Positions 1 to 8,646 of a stretch of 64,000 nt of DNA are shown here, piece by piece. The DNA comes from a virus (lineage: Duplodnaviria; Heunggongvirae; Uroviricota; Caudoviricetes), in IMG/VR virus record IMGVR_UViG_3300042894_007411. One strand, written 5' to 3'. The position numbers and the translations under genes are program-made. Position 1 is the first letter of the stretch, and every line of letters begins with the position of its first letter. Below the pieces are notes generated by a model that was not told the origin of the DNA, searched no databases, and worked only from the letters and a program-made list of their open reading frames with translations.

Positions 1-73
1 TCGACCTTCTTGGCAAAATTTTGCAGGTTGGCTTCCAGAGTCACCACAGGCCGCTTTAGAATTTTATAATCCG

Positions 74-1414
74 ATGATGTTTGCCAAAATGTTCATGGTT
101 AACGACTCTGCTATTTTAAATCCATTTAACACAGATTATTTCTTTTGGGTAGATGGGGGTTTAACCAACACGGTTCCTAAAGGATATTTTACAAAAGATG
201 ATGTTTTAAAAAATCTACCTAGATTTGTGATAAAACACAACGATAAATTTATTCAAATTTCTTATCCTTATACAGCAAACGAAGAAATACATGGATTTGA
301 AAGGAAAGCCATGGCATCTTATTGTGGGGTTGACTATGTGAATTATGTTTGTCGTGGTGGGTTTTTTGGAGGTTCTAAGGAAAGAATACACGAGATCAAT
401 TCTCTGTATTATTCGATCATGTCTAAAACTTTACACGCCGGTTACATGGGAGCTGATGAGTGTTTGTTTACCATCCTATCACACCAATATCCAGAGTTGA
501 CCCATCGTTTTGAGATAGAGGGAAACGGATTGGTGTGGCCTTTTTTTGAAGAACTTAAACATTACTCAGAGGAAAAGATAAAACTTGATTCGTCTTTTTT
601 GAATCCTGAAAACTGTGGCTTATATGTAATTGGATTCAATAGTCCAAGTCAGTTTCAAACCTTAATTCAATCAATGATGGATTATGATCCAGATTTCATC
701 CGAAAGCCCATCAAAATTCTTTTGAATAATTCCACTGATTCCAGCACTACTCCAGAGTATGAAAAATTGTGTTTAGATTATGGATTCTCCCACGTGAAGA
801 TGGATAATCTAGGAATTTGTGGGGGTAGACAGTGGATAGCAGAAGATGCGGCAGAAAGAGAATTTGATTTTTATTTTTTCTTTGAGGATGACATGTTTTT
901 CTATCCAAAAGAGGGGGAAAGGTGTAGAAATGGGTTTAACCGTTTTGTGTCTGGATTGTATCAAAAATCTTTAGAAATTATCAAAGAAAACAATTTTGAT
1001 TTTCTGAAGTTGAATTATTCCGAATTCTTTGGCGATAACGGTACCCAGTGGTCGTGGTATAATGTACCCCAGAACATCAGAGAGAAATTTTTCCCAGAAA
1101 AACCTAATTTACCTAAAATAGGACAAGATCCCAATGCTCCTAAGACCGAATACAAAAATATTAGATCTCATAAAGGAATTCCTTATGTAAACGGTGATAT
1201 CTATTATTGCAATTGGCCTCAAATTGTAAGTAAGACAGGAAACCAAAAGATGTTTTTAAACACAAAGTGGGCGAGGCCATACGAGCAAACTTGGATGTCC
1301 TATATGTTCCAAGAAATGAAAGATGGAAATCTGTACGCCGGTCTTTTACTTCTAACCCCCACTGAACACAACAGGTTCGAACACTACGACGGCAAGTTAA
1401 GGAAAGAAAGTTAG
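74..1414 (+). CDS. hypothetical protein (reading frame is open back to window start; may be 5'-partial)
   Basis: 446-aa ORF; no recognisable motif; frame has no stop between nt 2 and 74. Confidence 0.45.
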   Translation: MMFAKMFMVNDSAILNPFNTDYFFWVDGGLTNTVPKGYFTKDDVLKNLPRFVIKHNDKFIQISYPYTANEEIHGFERKAMASYCGVDYVNYVCRGGFFGGSKERIHEINSLYYSIMSKTLHAGYMGADECLFTILSHQYPELTHRFEIEGNGLVWPFFEELKHYSEEKIKLDSSFLNPENCGLYVIGFNSPSQFQTLIQSMMDYDPDFIRKPIKILLNNSTDSSTTPEYEKLCLDYGFSHVKMDNLGICGGRQWIAEDAAEREFDFYFFFEDDMFFYPKEGERCRNGFNRFVSGLYQKSLEIIKENNFDFLKLNYSEFFGDNGTQWSWYNVPQNIREKFFPEKPNLPKIGQDPNAPKTEYKNIRSHKGIPYVNGDIYYCNWPQIVSKTGNQKMFLNTKWARPYEQTWMSYMFQEMKDGNLYAGLLLLTPTEHNRFEHYDGKLRKES

Positions 1415-1476
1415 ATTTTCATAATTCTTAATTTTAATTTAACATAATTTAACAATTCCGAAAATACATACACGGA

Positions 1477-2190
1477 ATGAAAACTCTTGTTATTTCCGAC
1501 GTCCATATTGGATCCAAAGGTTGCTCCTCTGAGGAACTTCTTTATTTGTTGAAAGATCAGTCATTCCACCGTTATATTTTGGTTGGTGATATTATCGATG
1601 GTTGGCTCTTCAAAAAATACAAAAGATTTACCTACGATCACGCTCGTTTAATTCGAAGATTTTTAAAACTCTCAAAAACAAAAGAAATCATTTGGATCGC
1701 CGGAAATCACGATGAATTTCTCAGAAAATATTTGCCTATGGAGTTGGGGAATATTAGAATTGTAGACGAATGGATTGAATCTGGAATTTGGTTCTGTCAC
1801 GGAGACAAATATGATGGAGTGGTTAAAATGAGGTGGCTTGCCCAATTGGGGGGATTGGGATATGATTTGGCAATTGTCATTGATAGAACATTGAAAAAAA
1901 TGGGATTCAAAAGATCTCTGTCTAAGTATTTAAAGGATAATGTCAAGGCGGCAGTTAAATTTATGACAGACTTTGAGAAAGAGATGGCGAGACAGGCCGA
2001 AAAAAGAGGTTGTCACACCGTGGTGTGTGGACACATACATAATCCAGAATTGAAGGAAATTGGCAAAATCAGATATATTAACACAGGGGATTGGATCGAA
2101 AACAACTCCTATCTGATTTTGAATAAAAATTATTGTTCCCTTTACTCCCATGGAAGAGAAATTGACAATTGTTATTCCCTGCAAAAATGA
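1477..2190 (+). CDS. calcineurin-like metallophosphoesterase
   Basis: Motifs DVHIG, GDIIDGW, GNHDEF, GHIHNP (MPP signature blocks). Confidence 0.7.
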   Translation: MKTLVISDVHIGSKGCSSEELLYLLKDQSFHRYILVGDIIDGWLFKKYKRFTYDHARLIRRFLKLSKTKEIIWIAGNHDEFLRKYLPMELGNIRIVDEWIESGIWFCHGDKYDGVVKMRWLAQLGGLGYDLAIVIDRTLKKMGFKRSLSKYLKDNVKAAVKFMTDFEKEMARQAEKRGCHTVVCGHIHNPELKEIGKIRYINTGDWIENNSYLILNKNYCSLYSHGREIDNCYSLQK

Positions 2191-2857
2191 GGAAAAGTAC
2201 ATTTTTGCCACCCTGGAAAGTTTGGCCAGACAAAATATAGGATCCACCCAAATTTATCTGGCGGATGCTAATTCTACAGATTTAACTGTTTCTCGGGCCA
2301 AGATGGCTTCATTTCTTTTCAATTTGAATTTGAAAATCATTCCTGGTGGTAAGGTTGCAGAGGGTAGAAACACCGGAGCTTCAATGGCAAAAACCCCGTA
2401 CGTTTTATTCCTTGATGCCGACGTTACTTTCACTCCACAAATGAATTTGAATTCTTGTGTTCAAAAAATGGACGGAAAAATCAAATTGATGTCTACAACT
2501 CCAGTTTCAAGAACAGAGGGAGATTGGAAGGCTGAAATTTTGTTTTGTCTCAACCGGTGGTGTACGATCTTGATAAGTCAAAAAGAACCGTTCTCTGTGG
2601 GTTCTTTTACCCTAGTAGAATTAGAATCTTTTTGGTCAAAGGGTGGTTTTGATATAGAGGTAAAACACACAGAAGATTGGCTTTTTTCCCGTCAATTCGA
2701 ACCCGGAGAGTTTTGCCTTATTCCAAATTTAATTACCCAGGATTCAAGACGTTTTAAAAGATTTGGTTACCTTAGAATGGCCAATCTCGTGATTCGAAAT
2801 TGGAAGAATCGAAAGAACAGAGAACATTTTTTAAAGGAAGCAGGGTACTGGATTTGA
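2150..2857 (+). CDS. GT2-like glycosyltransferase
   Basis: N-terminal 'LTIVIPCKNEEKYI...' and 'YVLFLDADVTF' resemble GT-A/GT2 signature; 41-nt overlap with upstream gene. Confidence 0.5.
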   Translation: MEEKLTIVIPCKNEEKYIFATLESLARQNIGSTQIYLADANSTDLTVSRAKMASFLFNLNLKIIPGGKVAEGRNTGASMAKTPYVLFLDADVTFTPQMNLNSCVQKMDGKIKLMSTTPVSRTEGDWKAEILFCLNRWCTILISQKEPFSVGSFTLVELESFWSKGGFDIEVKHTEDWLFSRQFEPGEFCLIPNLITQDSRRFKRFGYLRMANLVIRNWKNRKNREHFLKEAGYWI

Positions 2858-2869
2858 GATATATAAAAA
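2858..2869 (+). promoter_or_regulatory. GATATATAAAAA box abutting start codon
   Basis: Identical motif -12..-1 of ATG at 2870; same motif precedes 3511, 4278, 5021. Confidence 0.4.
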
Positions 2870-3496
2870 ATGAAACATCTGATTCCATTTAGGATCTACG
2901 AATCCCAGAAGGCTTCAGGACTTACTCGAAGTCAAGAGGAATTCTTGAACAAATACACCGAAGAAACATGGTCTGTTAATCCATCGACCGGTCTGGTGGA
3001 TGTTCAAGGGGATTTTTTTTGTTACGATCGAGGCCTGAAATCCCTGTCAGGCATATCGTTCGGACATGTGAGTGGGGATTTCTACTGTGGTAAAAACAAA
3101 TTGGCCTCCCTAGAAGGATCACCCCAGACGGTGGGTGGGGGTTTCTATTGTCAGGGAAACGACCTGACCTCCCTGGAAGGAGCACCACAAGAAATAAATG
3201 GTCGATTTCTTTGTGATGAATTTGAATTAATCAAGGGTAAATGGAACATGCGAGGATGGCTGGAGGTTCTGAACACAGGAACTCCAGAAGACAAAAAATT
3301 GATTTCCACCCTTCCGTGGCTCCAACTGGACTGGTGGAACTTGGAACTCCAACGGGATCCAGGGAAAACAGTTCATCTGTTGTCCACCATGTGGAATGAC
3401 ATGCCAAAGGACATGCAATCTGCAATCAAGATTCCTAAAGGATATGAAGGTGATTTTGAATTGTTTTCTGGATTTGACGAGCTGGGGTTGTTTTAA
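2870..3496 (+). CDS. LRR-like repeat protein, 'MKHLIPFRIYE' family member 1
   Basis: ~22-aa repeats 'NxLxSLEGAPQxVGGxFxC'; conserved N- and C-termini shared with 3511 and 4278 genes. Confidence 0.6.
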   Translation: MKHLIPFRIYESQKASGLTRSQEEFLNKYTEETWSVNPSTGLVDVQGDFFCYDRGLKSLSGISFGHVSGDFYCGKNKLASLEGSPQTVGGGFYCQGNDLTSLEGAPQEINGRFLCDEFELIKGKWNMRGWLEVLNTGTPEDKKLISTLPWLQLDWWNLELQRDPGKTVHLLSTMWNDMPKDMQSAIKIPKGYEGDFELFSGFDELGLF

Positions 3497-3498
3497 AG

Positions 3499-3510
3499 GA
3501 TATATAAAAA
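3499..3510 (+). promoter_or_regulatory. GATATATAAAAA box abutting start codon
   Basis: Motif immediately upstream of ATG 3511. Confidence 0.4.
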
Positions 3511-4263
3511 ATGAAACATCTGATTCCATTTAGGATCTACGAAGCACAGACTACTTCAGGTCTTACGAAGAGACAGGTTAAATTCTTAAACAAATACACA
3601 ACTGGAGCCTGGTCTGTTAATCCAACGACAGGTTTGGTGGATGTTCAAGGGAATTTTTTTTGTTATTATCAATATCTGAAATCCCTGTCAGGCATATCTT
3701 TCGGTCATGTAAATGGGAATTTCAACTGTAACACCAACCAACTGACTTCTCTGGAAGGAGCACCAAATACGGTGAGTGAAAATTTCGTTTGTTTCAACAA
3801 CCGGCTGACCTCCCTGGAAGGAGCACCTCAGACGGTGGGTAATTATTTCGATTGTTCCCTCAACCAACTCCAGACCCTGGAAGGAGCACCTCAAAGAGTG
3901 GGTGATAGTTTCGATTGTTCCAGAAACGAACTCCGATCCCTGGTAGGAGCACCTCATACGATAAACGGGGATTTTCTTTGTGACGAATTCAAATTAGATC
4001 CAGGCAAATGGAACATGGAAGGATGGCTGGAGGTTCTGAACACAGGAACTCCACAAGCCAAAAAATTGATTCTCACCCTCCCATGGCTCCAACCGGACTG
4101 GTGGAACTTGGAACTCCAAAGGGATCCAGGTAAAACAGTTCATCTTTTGGGGTCTGCATGGAACCATATGCCAAAGGAAATGCAATCTGCAATCAAGATT
4201 CCTAAAGGATATGAAGGTGATTTCGAATTGTTTTCTGGATTCGATGAGTTGGGCTTGTTTTAG
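3511..4263 (+). CDS. LRR-like repeat protein, family member 2 (more repeats)
   Basis: Same termini as member 1; five 'SLEGAPxTV' repeats. Confidence 0.6.
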   Translation: MKHLIPFRIYEAQTTSGLTKRQVKFLNKYTTGAWSVNPTTGLVDVQGNFFCYYQYLKSLSGISFGHVNGNFNCNTNQLTSLEGAPNTVSENFVCFNNRLTSLEGAPQTVGNYFDCSLNQLQTLEGAPQRVGDSFDCSRNELRSLVGAPHTINGDFLCDEFKLDPGKWNMEGWLEVLNTGTPQAKKLILTLPWLQPDWWNLELQRDPGKTVHLLGSAWNHMPKEMQSAIKIPKGYEGDFELFSGFDELGLF

Positions 4264-4265
4264 AG

Positions 4266-4277
4266 GATATATAAACC
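4266..4277 (+). promoter_or_regulatory. GATATATAAACC box abutting start codon
   Basis: Motif immediately upstream of ATG 4278. Confidence 0.4.
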
Positions 4278-5009
4278 ATGAAACACATACTACCCTTTAA
4301 GATCTACGAATCACAATCAATGTCTTCTAGTTTAACACCACAGCAGGAAACTCTCTTGAATTTTTGTACAAAAAAAGGAAAATGGAGCGTGAATCCAACA
4401 ACAGGTTTGGTGGACATTAATGGTGATTTCAAGTTGGCCTCAGATATGTTTATCCAAAATGATCAACTTCACATTAAACCAACAAAAAGTTTTTTAGGAA
4501 TCAGATTTGGAAATGTCGATGGGAAATTTGATTGTGTCGGCAATGAACTCCGATCCTTGGAAGGATCACCGCAGAAGGTTGGTGGAGAATTTTGGTGTTA
4601 CAGAAACAATCTACAATCCTTGAAAGGAGGACCACGAACGGTTGGTGGAGGTTATGCATGTCAATTCAACGAACTCCAATCCTTGGAAGGAGCACCACTG
4701 GAGGTTGGTGGTTTGGGATTTCAGTGTGATGAATTCAAATTAGATAAGGACAGTTGGAACTTACGGGGTTGGATAGAGGTTTTAGAAACAGGAACCAAAA
4801 AGGCAAAGGATCTGATCAAGACCCTGCCCTATCTCCAACCGGACTGGTGGAACTTGGAACTCCAACGGGAACCTGGAAAGATCGTTCACCTGCTGGCACA
4901 GGCGTGGAAACACATGTCTGAGGACTTCAAATCTAAAATTGAGATTCCCGAGGGATATGAGAATGACTTTGGTTTCTTTTCTGAATTTGATGAGCTGGGG
5001 TTGTTTTGA
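4278..5009 (+). CDS. LRR-like repeat protein, family member 3 (divergent)
   Basis: Shares 'SLEGxPxxVGG' repeats and C-terminal 'LPYLQPDWWNLELQRxPGK...FDELGLF'. Confidence 0.55.
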   Translation: MKHILPFKIYESQSMSSSLTPQQETLLNFCTKKGKWSVNPTTGLVDINGDFKLASDMFIQNDQLHIKPTKSFLGIRFGNVDGKFDCVGNELRSLEGSPQKVGGEFWCYRNNLQSLKGGPRTVGGGYACQFNELQSLEGAPLEVGGLGFQCDEFKLDKDSWNLRGWIEVLETGTKKAKDLIKTLPYLQPDWWNLELQREPGKIVHLLAQAWKHMSEDFKSKIEIPEGYENDFGFFSEFDELGLF

Positions 5010-5020
5010 GATATATATAA
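5010..5020 (+). promoter_or_regulatory. GATATATATAA box abutting start codon
   Basis: Motif immediately upstream of ATG 5021. Confidence 0.35.
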
Positions 5021-5419
5021 ATGTTAAAATATAATTTAATATTCATGAAATCTTCCAACCTTTATACAGCTTACTTGGATTTTATCAACGAAGCTGCCAA
5101 ACCAGAAGAAAGTTTTGAGCAATTTTGCAAAAATAGACTGGCAGGAGCCACTAAAATTACAGAAATGGCAAAGAAAAAAGGAGGTGATGCTCTATTGACT
5201 TTCCATCATTTCGAAGTTAAACTTCCAATTTATTCTAAAGCTTCAACAGGTAAATTTAAATTGAGCGAGGCCACCACCAAATTAGATTCATTAGTTTCCA
5301 AACTAAATCAATCTCTCTCCACCACTGGCGAAATTAAAATGACTCAGGTCCAGTTTCAAAAATTGGTGGGTTTGATTGAGGTTTGGGGAGAATTGATAAT
5401 CAGATTCAAACAAAAATAA
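5021..5419 (+). CDS. hypothetical protein
   Basis: 132-aa ORF following TATA-like box; no motif. Confidence 0.4.
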   Translation: MLKYNLIFMKSSNLYTAYLDFINEAAKPEESFEQFCKNRLAGATKITEMAKKKGGDALLTFHHFEVKLPIYSKASTGKFKLSEATTKLDSLVSKLNQSLSTTGEIKMTQVQFQKLVGLIEVWGELIIRFKQK

Positions 5420-5423
5420 AATC

Positions 5424-5924
5424 ATGGGAAAACACATTCGAGGATTAAATGAATTCGATGATTTTTCGGATCTAGATTCACTTATAGGGGGATTCGAGGA
5501 GCTAGGAATTACCAGCGTTTATGGGTGGGCTTTTCAGTGGGACAGCACGACCGAAGTTCCATTGGTTGAAATTGTAATTTCTTCTACTGCTAAGGAAGCT
5601 CTAGATATTTACTCCAAATATGGTTGGTTTTCGGAAGATGTTAGTTATATGATGGAATCCAGCAAACAAATAAAAACCATCTCGGACGTTTTCGACAATT
5701 TGGTTAAACAAAAAGTTATTTTTAACTCCAAAATCATATATGATCTTCGTCCTAAACAGGATTTGCAAATTAAAACTGCTTATATAAAAACTCAAAGGAA
5801 TAATCCATTTGAAATCACGGAAGTATTAAACACATATTTTACCAACGCGGAGGAAGTTTACAGAAAAACTTTCATGCACCGAGGTTCTGCAGGTTTTGCA
5901 GGTGGACCTTTGATTAATATTTAA
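5424..5924 (+). CDS. hypothetical protein
   Basis: 166-aa ORF, 4 nt after previous stop. Confidence 0.4.
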   Translation: MGKHIRGLNEFDDFSDLDSLIGGFEELGITSVYGWAFQWDSTTEVPLVEIVISSTAKEALDIYSKYGWFSEDVSYMMESSKQIKTISDVFDNLVKQKVIFNSKIIYDLRPKQDLQIKTAYIKTQRNNPFEITEVLNTYFTNAEEVYRKTFMHRGSAGFAGGPLINI

Positions 5925-5929
5925 AAGAT

Positions 5930-6535
5930 TTAGTTCTTTTTTGCTTTTGCCTTCTTTGCCTGCTGATAAAGACTCTTATCGTGCATTTTTGTTGTTTTTC
6001 CACCGGTGATAAAAGAATTCACTCTTGCGTGTGCCCACTGGTCAGGTGTTGTTCCTGGACGATGTCCAACTTTCCAGGCCGCCTTTCCGCGTTTAAAAAC
6101 TTGCTTCAAGATTCCAAGAGGAAATCCACTTTTTTCTGCTTTCTTTTTTAAAGCTTTATGAGCGGGGGAACCAGGAGAGCTAACTGAACCGGCTGCAGAT
6201 CCCTCGTCCAGCGAATCCCAATCTTCACCAGATTCTTCTAGTTCAAGAAAAACTTCATATGCAGCTTCTTCAATTTCTGATCCGAATTCTTCATATACAA
6301 TTAAATTAGATTCGTATGAAACCTCTTCGCTTTCACCAAACATTTCCTTGTATTTTTTCGTGTATTTGCTTTTCTTAGTCTCAACTTTTTTACCTTTACC
6401 TGCCTTCCTACTTTTATAATCGGCATCCCAAGGACCATATGCGGAGGAATCTGAGTCCGGCTTGTCCTTATGTTTTTGGATTTCTCTCTTCATCACTTTT
6501 GGATTTTTACTCAGATACTGTTTCGGAATTTTCAT
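5930..6535 (-). CDS. conserved phage-type protein, Lys-rich N-terminus, acidic middle, basic 'AAWKVGHRPGTTPDQWAHARVNSF' C-terminus
   Basis: 201-aa ORF; biased composition; no assignable domain. Confidence 0.45.
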   Translation of the reverse strand: MKIPKQYLSKNPKVMKREIQKHKDKPDSDSSAYGPWDADYKSRKAGKGKKVETKKSKYTKKYKEMFGESEEVSYESNLIVYEEFGSEIEEAAYEVFLELEESGEDWDSLDEGSAAGSVSSPGSPAHKALKKKAEKSGFPLGILKQVFKRGKAAWKVGHRPGTTPDQWAHARVNSFITGGKTTKMHDKSLYQQAKKAKAKKN

Positions 6536-6977
6536 GAATATTATTATTTTGATTTAATTCTTCAACACAAAAAATCTCTTCTGTGTTAAAATTTTGGGGA
6601 ATACTGGGTTCTTTTTCTTTCATCTTTCTGGCCACAGTTAATTTCTCATAGATTGTTTGAATTTCTTCGTAGGTAAGGTTGCTTTTCTTCGAGTTGATAT
6701 CAACTGTACAGGATACGACGTTTCCTTCTATATATCCTTGGTCAGAATCAATCCGATCAAAAGATCTTGAAAATTGTCCTTCCTCTTCGAATCTACGCCC
6801 TGTGTAATAGCAGGTTGGATGGGAAAGTAATTCTTTAACTGTTTGAAAGCTGAGATCGAAATGCAGACCTCGGTCCTGTGCGCTCTGAAAGATTTTTAAC
6901 ATCTTTCGGGCAACTTCTAAATCGGTAATGTGGGAGGATCTGTGATGTTTGTGGGTTGGTTTTCTTTTTCCTTTCAT
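6507..6977 (-). CDS. HNH endonuclease-like protein
   Basis: 'CYYTGRRF...SFDRIDSDQGYIEGNVVSC...N..K' resembles HNH_3-type motif. Confidence 0.5.
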   Translation of the reverse strand: MKGKRKPTHKHHRSSHITDLEVARKMLKIFQSAQDRGLHFDLSFQTVKELLSHPTCYYTGRRFEEEGQFSRSFDRIDSDQGYIEGNVVSCTVDINSKKSNLTYEEIQTIYEKLTVARKMKEKEPSIPQNFNTEEIFCVEELNQNNNIHENSETVSE

Positions 6978-6994
6978 GGTTGAAGTTTGTTCTC

Positions 6995-8212
6995 CTATAT
7001 ATCAGGAAAGAGAACACTTCTGATTCGCGGGATTGATCCCCAGCAAGTTGTATAGGGCGGGGTTAGAAAATCACGTCTCATCTGCCAATCTTGGGATGTC
7101 GGTTCATTAACCTTCCTAGACTGGATGGTATCACGCCACATTTCGATTTGCTCCTGCCCAGATGTTGTCAAATCGCCCAAATAAACTCCTCCCTTTCGGT
7201 ATTTAATTTTGGAATCAAACCCACCAATAAGCAACTGCTGAACAGAAGCCCAAATTTGATCATCATTGTTGGTTCTGGATAGAAATTTGTGGGAAAAACT
7301 TTTGGAATAGTAAAAATTATCTTTGTGTGGGTCGTTTGCAAGAAAAAGAACAACATATCCGGCGGACAAACCTTCAGATTTCAATTTTGTCACCACACTT
7401 TTCGTGTACAGTTCAATGGCCTTTTGCACCTCGTCAAAATTGCGGGTTCCTCTTCCAAATGTACGTGAAGTGGAAATATTTTTTCTTCGTTTGAATTTTG
7501 TCTCTACATCGTGGCATCTCATCCCAAGAAGTTCCTTGTGAGTTCGAAGTCCCACCACGGTCATATTTTTTTTCACCCACTCCGGTGACAAAGACATAAA
7601 ATCATGAACACTAGAGCATCCAACCTGATTCAATTTGATTTCGCTTTGCCTACCTATTCCCCATATATCAGAGAGAGCAATTTGGCGACCCTGTTTTTGA
7701 AAAAATTCACCGGAATCTTTCATGAAATAAATTCCGGAGGAGTCTTTGGCCATTTTGTTGGCCACCTTGGCCAAAGTCTTGGTGGAAGCTACACCAATAG
7801 AAATGGGAATTCCCGTCCAACGTAAAACCTGGGATCTGACGTGGGTTAAAAAATTTTCCATCTCAGAAGGATCCACGTGATCTAAATTCATGAATACCTC
7901 ATCGATAGAATAAATCTCAATGTGTGGTATAAAAGTTCGGATTGCTTCAACCACTCTCTCTGACATGTCTGCATACAAAGTGTAGTTGGAGGACAGAAGA
8001 ACAACTCCTTCTTTTTGAATAAGATCTCTAATTTTAAAAACCTTCTGTCCCATCTTGATGCCTAATTTTTTGGCCTCCGGTGATCTAGCAATAGCGCTTC
8101 CATCATTGTTGCTGAGAACCAATACAGGTTTTCCTCTCAAAGAAGGATTAAAGACTCTTTCACAGGAAACGTAAAAGTTATTACAGTCCGCAAGTCCAAT
8201 CCAACGGGTCAT
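6995..8212 (-). CDS. umuC: Y-family (translesion) DNA polymerase UmuC
   Basis: N-terminus 'ADCNNFYVSCERVFNPSLRGKPVLVLSNNDG' is the canonical UmuC/DinB signature; ATGA overlap with umuD-like gene. Confidence 0.85.
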   Translation of the reverse strand: MTRWIGLADCNNFYVSCERVFNPSLRGKPVLVLSNNDGSAIARSPEAKKLGIKMGQKVFKIRDLIQKEGVVLLSSNYTLYADMSERVVEAIRTFIPHIEIYSIDEVFMNLDHVDPSEMENFLTHVRSQVLRWTGIPISIGVASTKTLAKVANKMAKDSSGIYFMKDSGEFFQKQGRQIALSDIWGIGRQSEIKLNQVGCSSVHDFMSLSPEWVKKNMTVVGLRTHKELLGMRCHDVETKFKRRKNISTSRTFGRGTRNFDEVQKAIELYTKSVVTKLKSEGLSAGYVVLFLANDPHKDNFYYSKSFSHKFLSRTNNDDQIWASVQQLLIGGFDSKIKYRKGGVYLGDLTTSGQEQIEMWRDTIQSRKVNEPTSQDWQMRRDFLTPPYTTCWGSIPRIRSVLFPDI

Positions 8213-8523
8213 GTTCTTTTAGTTCTTGTGATTACACCCCAATGTTCTTCTGGATTTCCCTCTCCAAATCGGTATAAAACAAAGTGTCCCAATTCTGTTA
8301 CCCCCACGCACATCTGACCTTCTTTTGGTTCTACCTTTCTATTCACCTCTATAATGTCTCCAGTTGTGAACTGGCCATAGCTAATTCCTCCGCCAACCCT
8401 AAAGAAGAAGGTGAAGTAAGGGTCTGGACCTAGAGGATAGAAATAGAGCCTATCTTGAACGTAATCTGTTGCGGGAGAAGAAAATCCAGTAGTTTTGGTT
8501 TTAACTTGGGCGAAAGATTCCAT
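8209..8523 (-). CDS. umuD: UmuD'-like S24 peptidase-fold protein (short N-arm, degenerate Ser-Lys dyad)
   Basis: 'GFSSPATDYVQDRL...' aligns to UmuD 'GFPSPAADYVEQRI'; starts near UmuD Gly25; GDSM position reads GGIS by eye. Confidence 0.6.
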   Translation of the reverse strand: MESFAQVKTKTTGFSSPATDYVQDRLYFYPLGPDPYFTFFFRVGGGISYGQFTTGDIIEVNRKVEPKEGQMCVGVTELGHFVLYRFGEGNPEEHWGVITRTKRT

Positions 8524-8646
8524 CTGGTACAGAACAGCCTCAAATATAATATATACTCCTTGTTATCCATAATATTTTTCACTTTTAGCTTTGATATATA
8601 AAAAAATAACTCAAAACCTCCTATTGACTTCCAAAAAATTAAATCT
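8524..8646. promoter_or_regulatory. divergent AT-rich promoter region with TATATA boxes
   Basis: 'aatataatatatact' and 'gatatataaaaaaa' between divergent umuD and LysM genes. Confidence 0.4.

Noticed and set aside
1930-4185. Minus-strand ORFs 1930-2247, 2976-3188, 3227-3529, 3688-3957 and 3994-4185
   Set aside because: They are embedded antisense in plus-strand genes with recognisable domains or conserved family structure. No supporting motifs were found.
7091-7825. Plus-strand ORFs inside umuC
   Set aside because: They are antisense to a gene with the unmistakable UmuC N-terminal signature.
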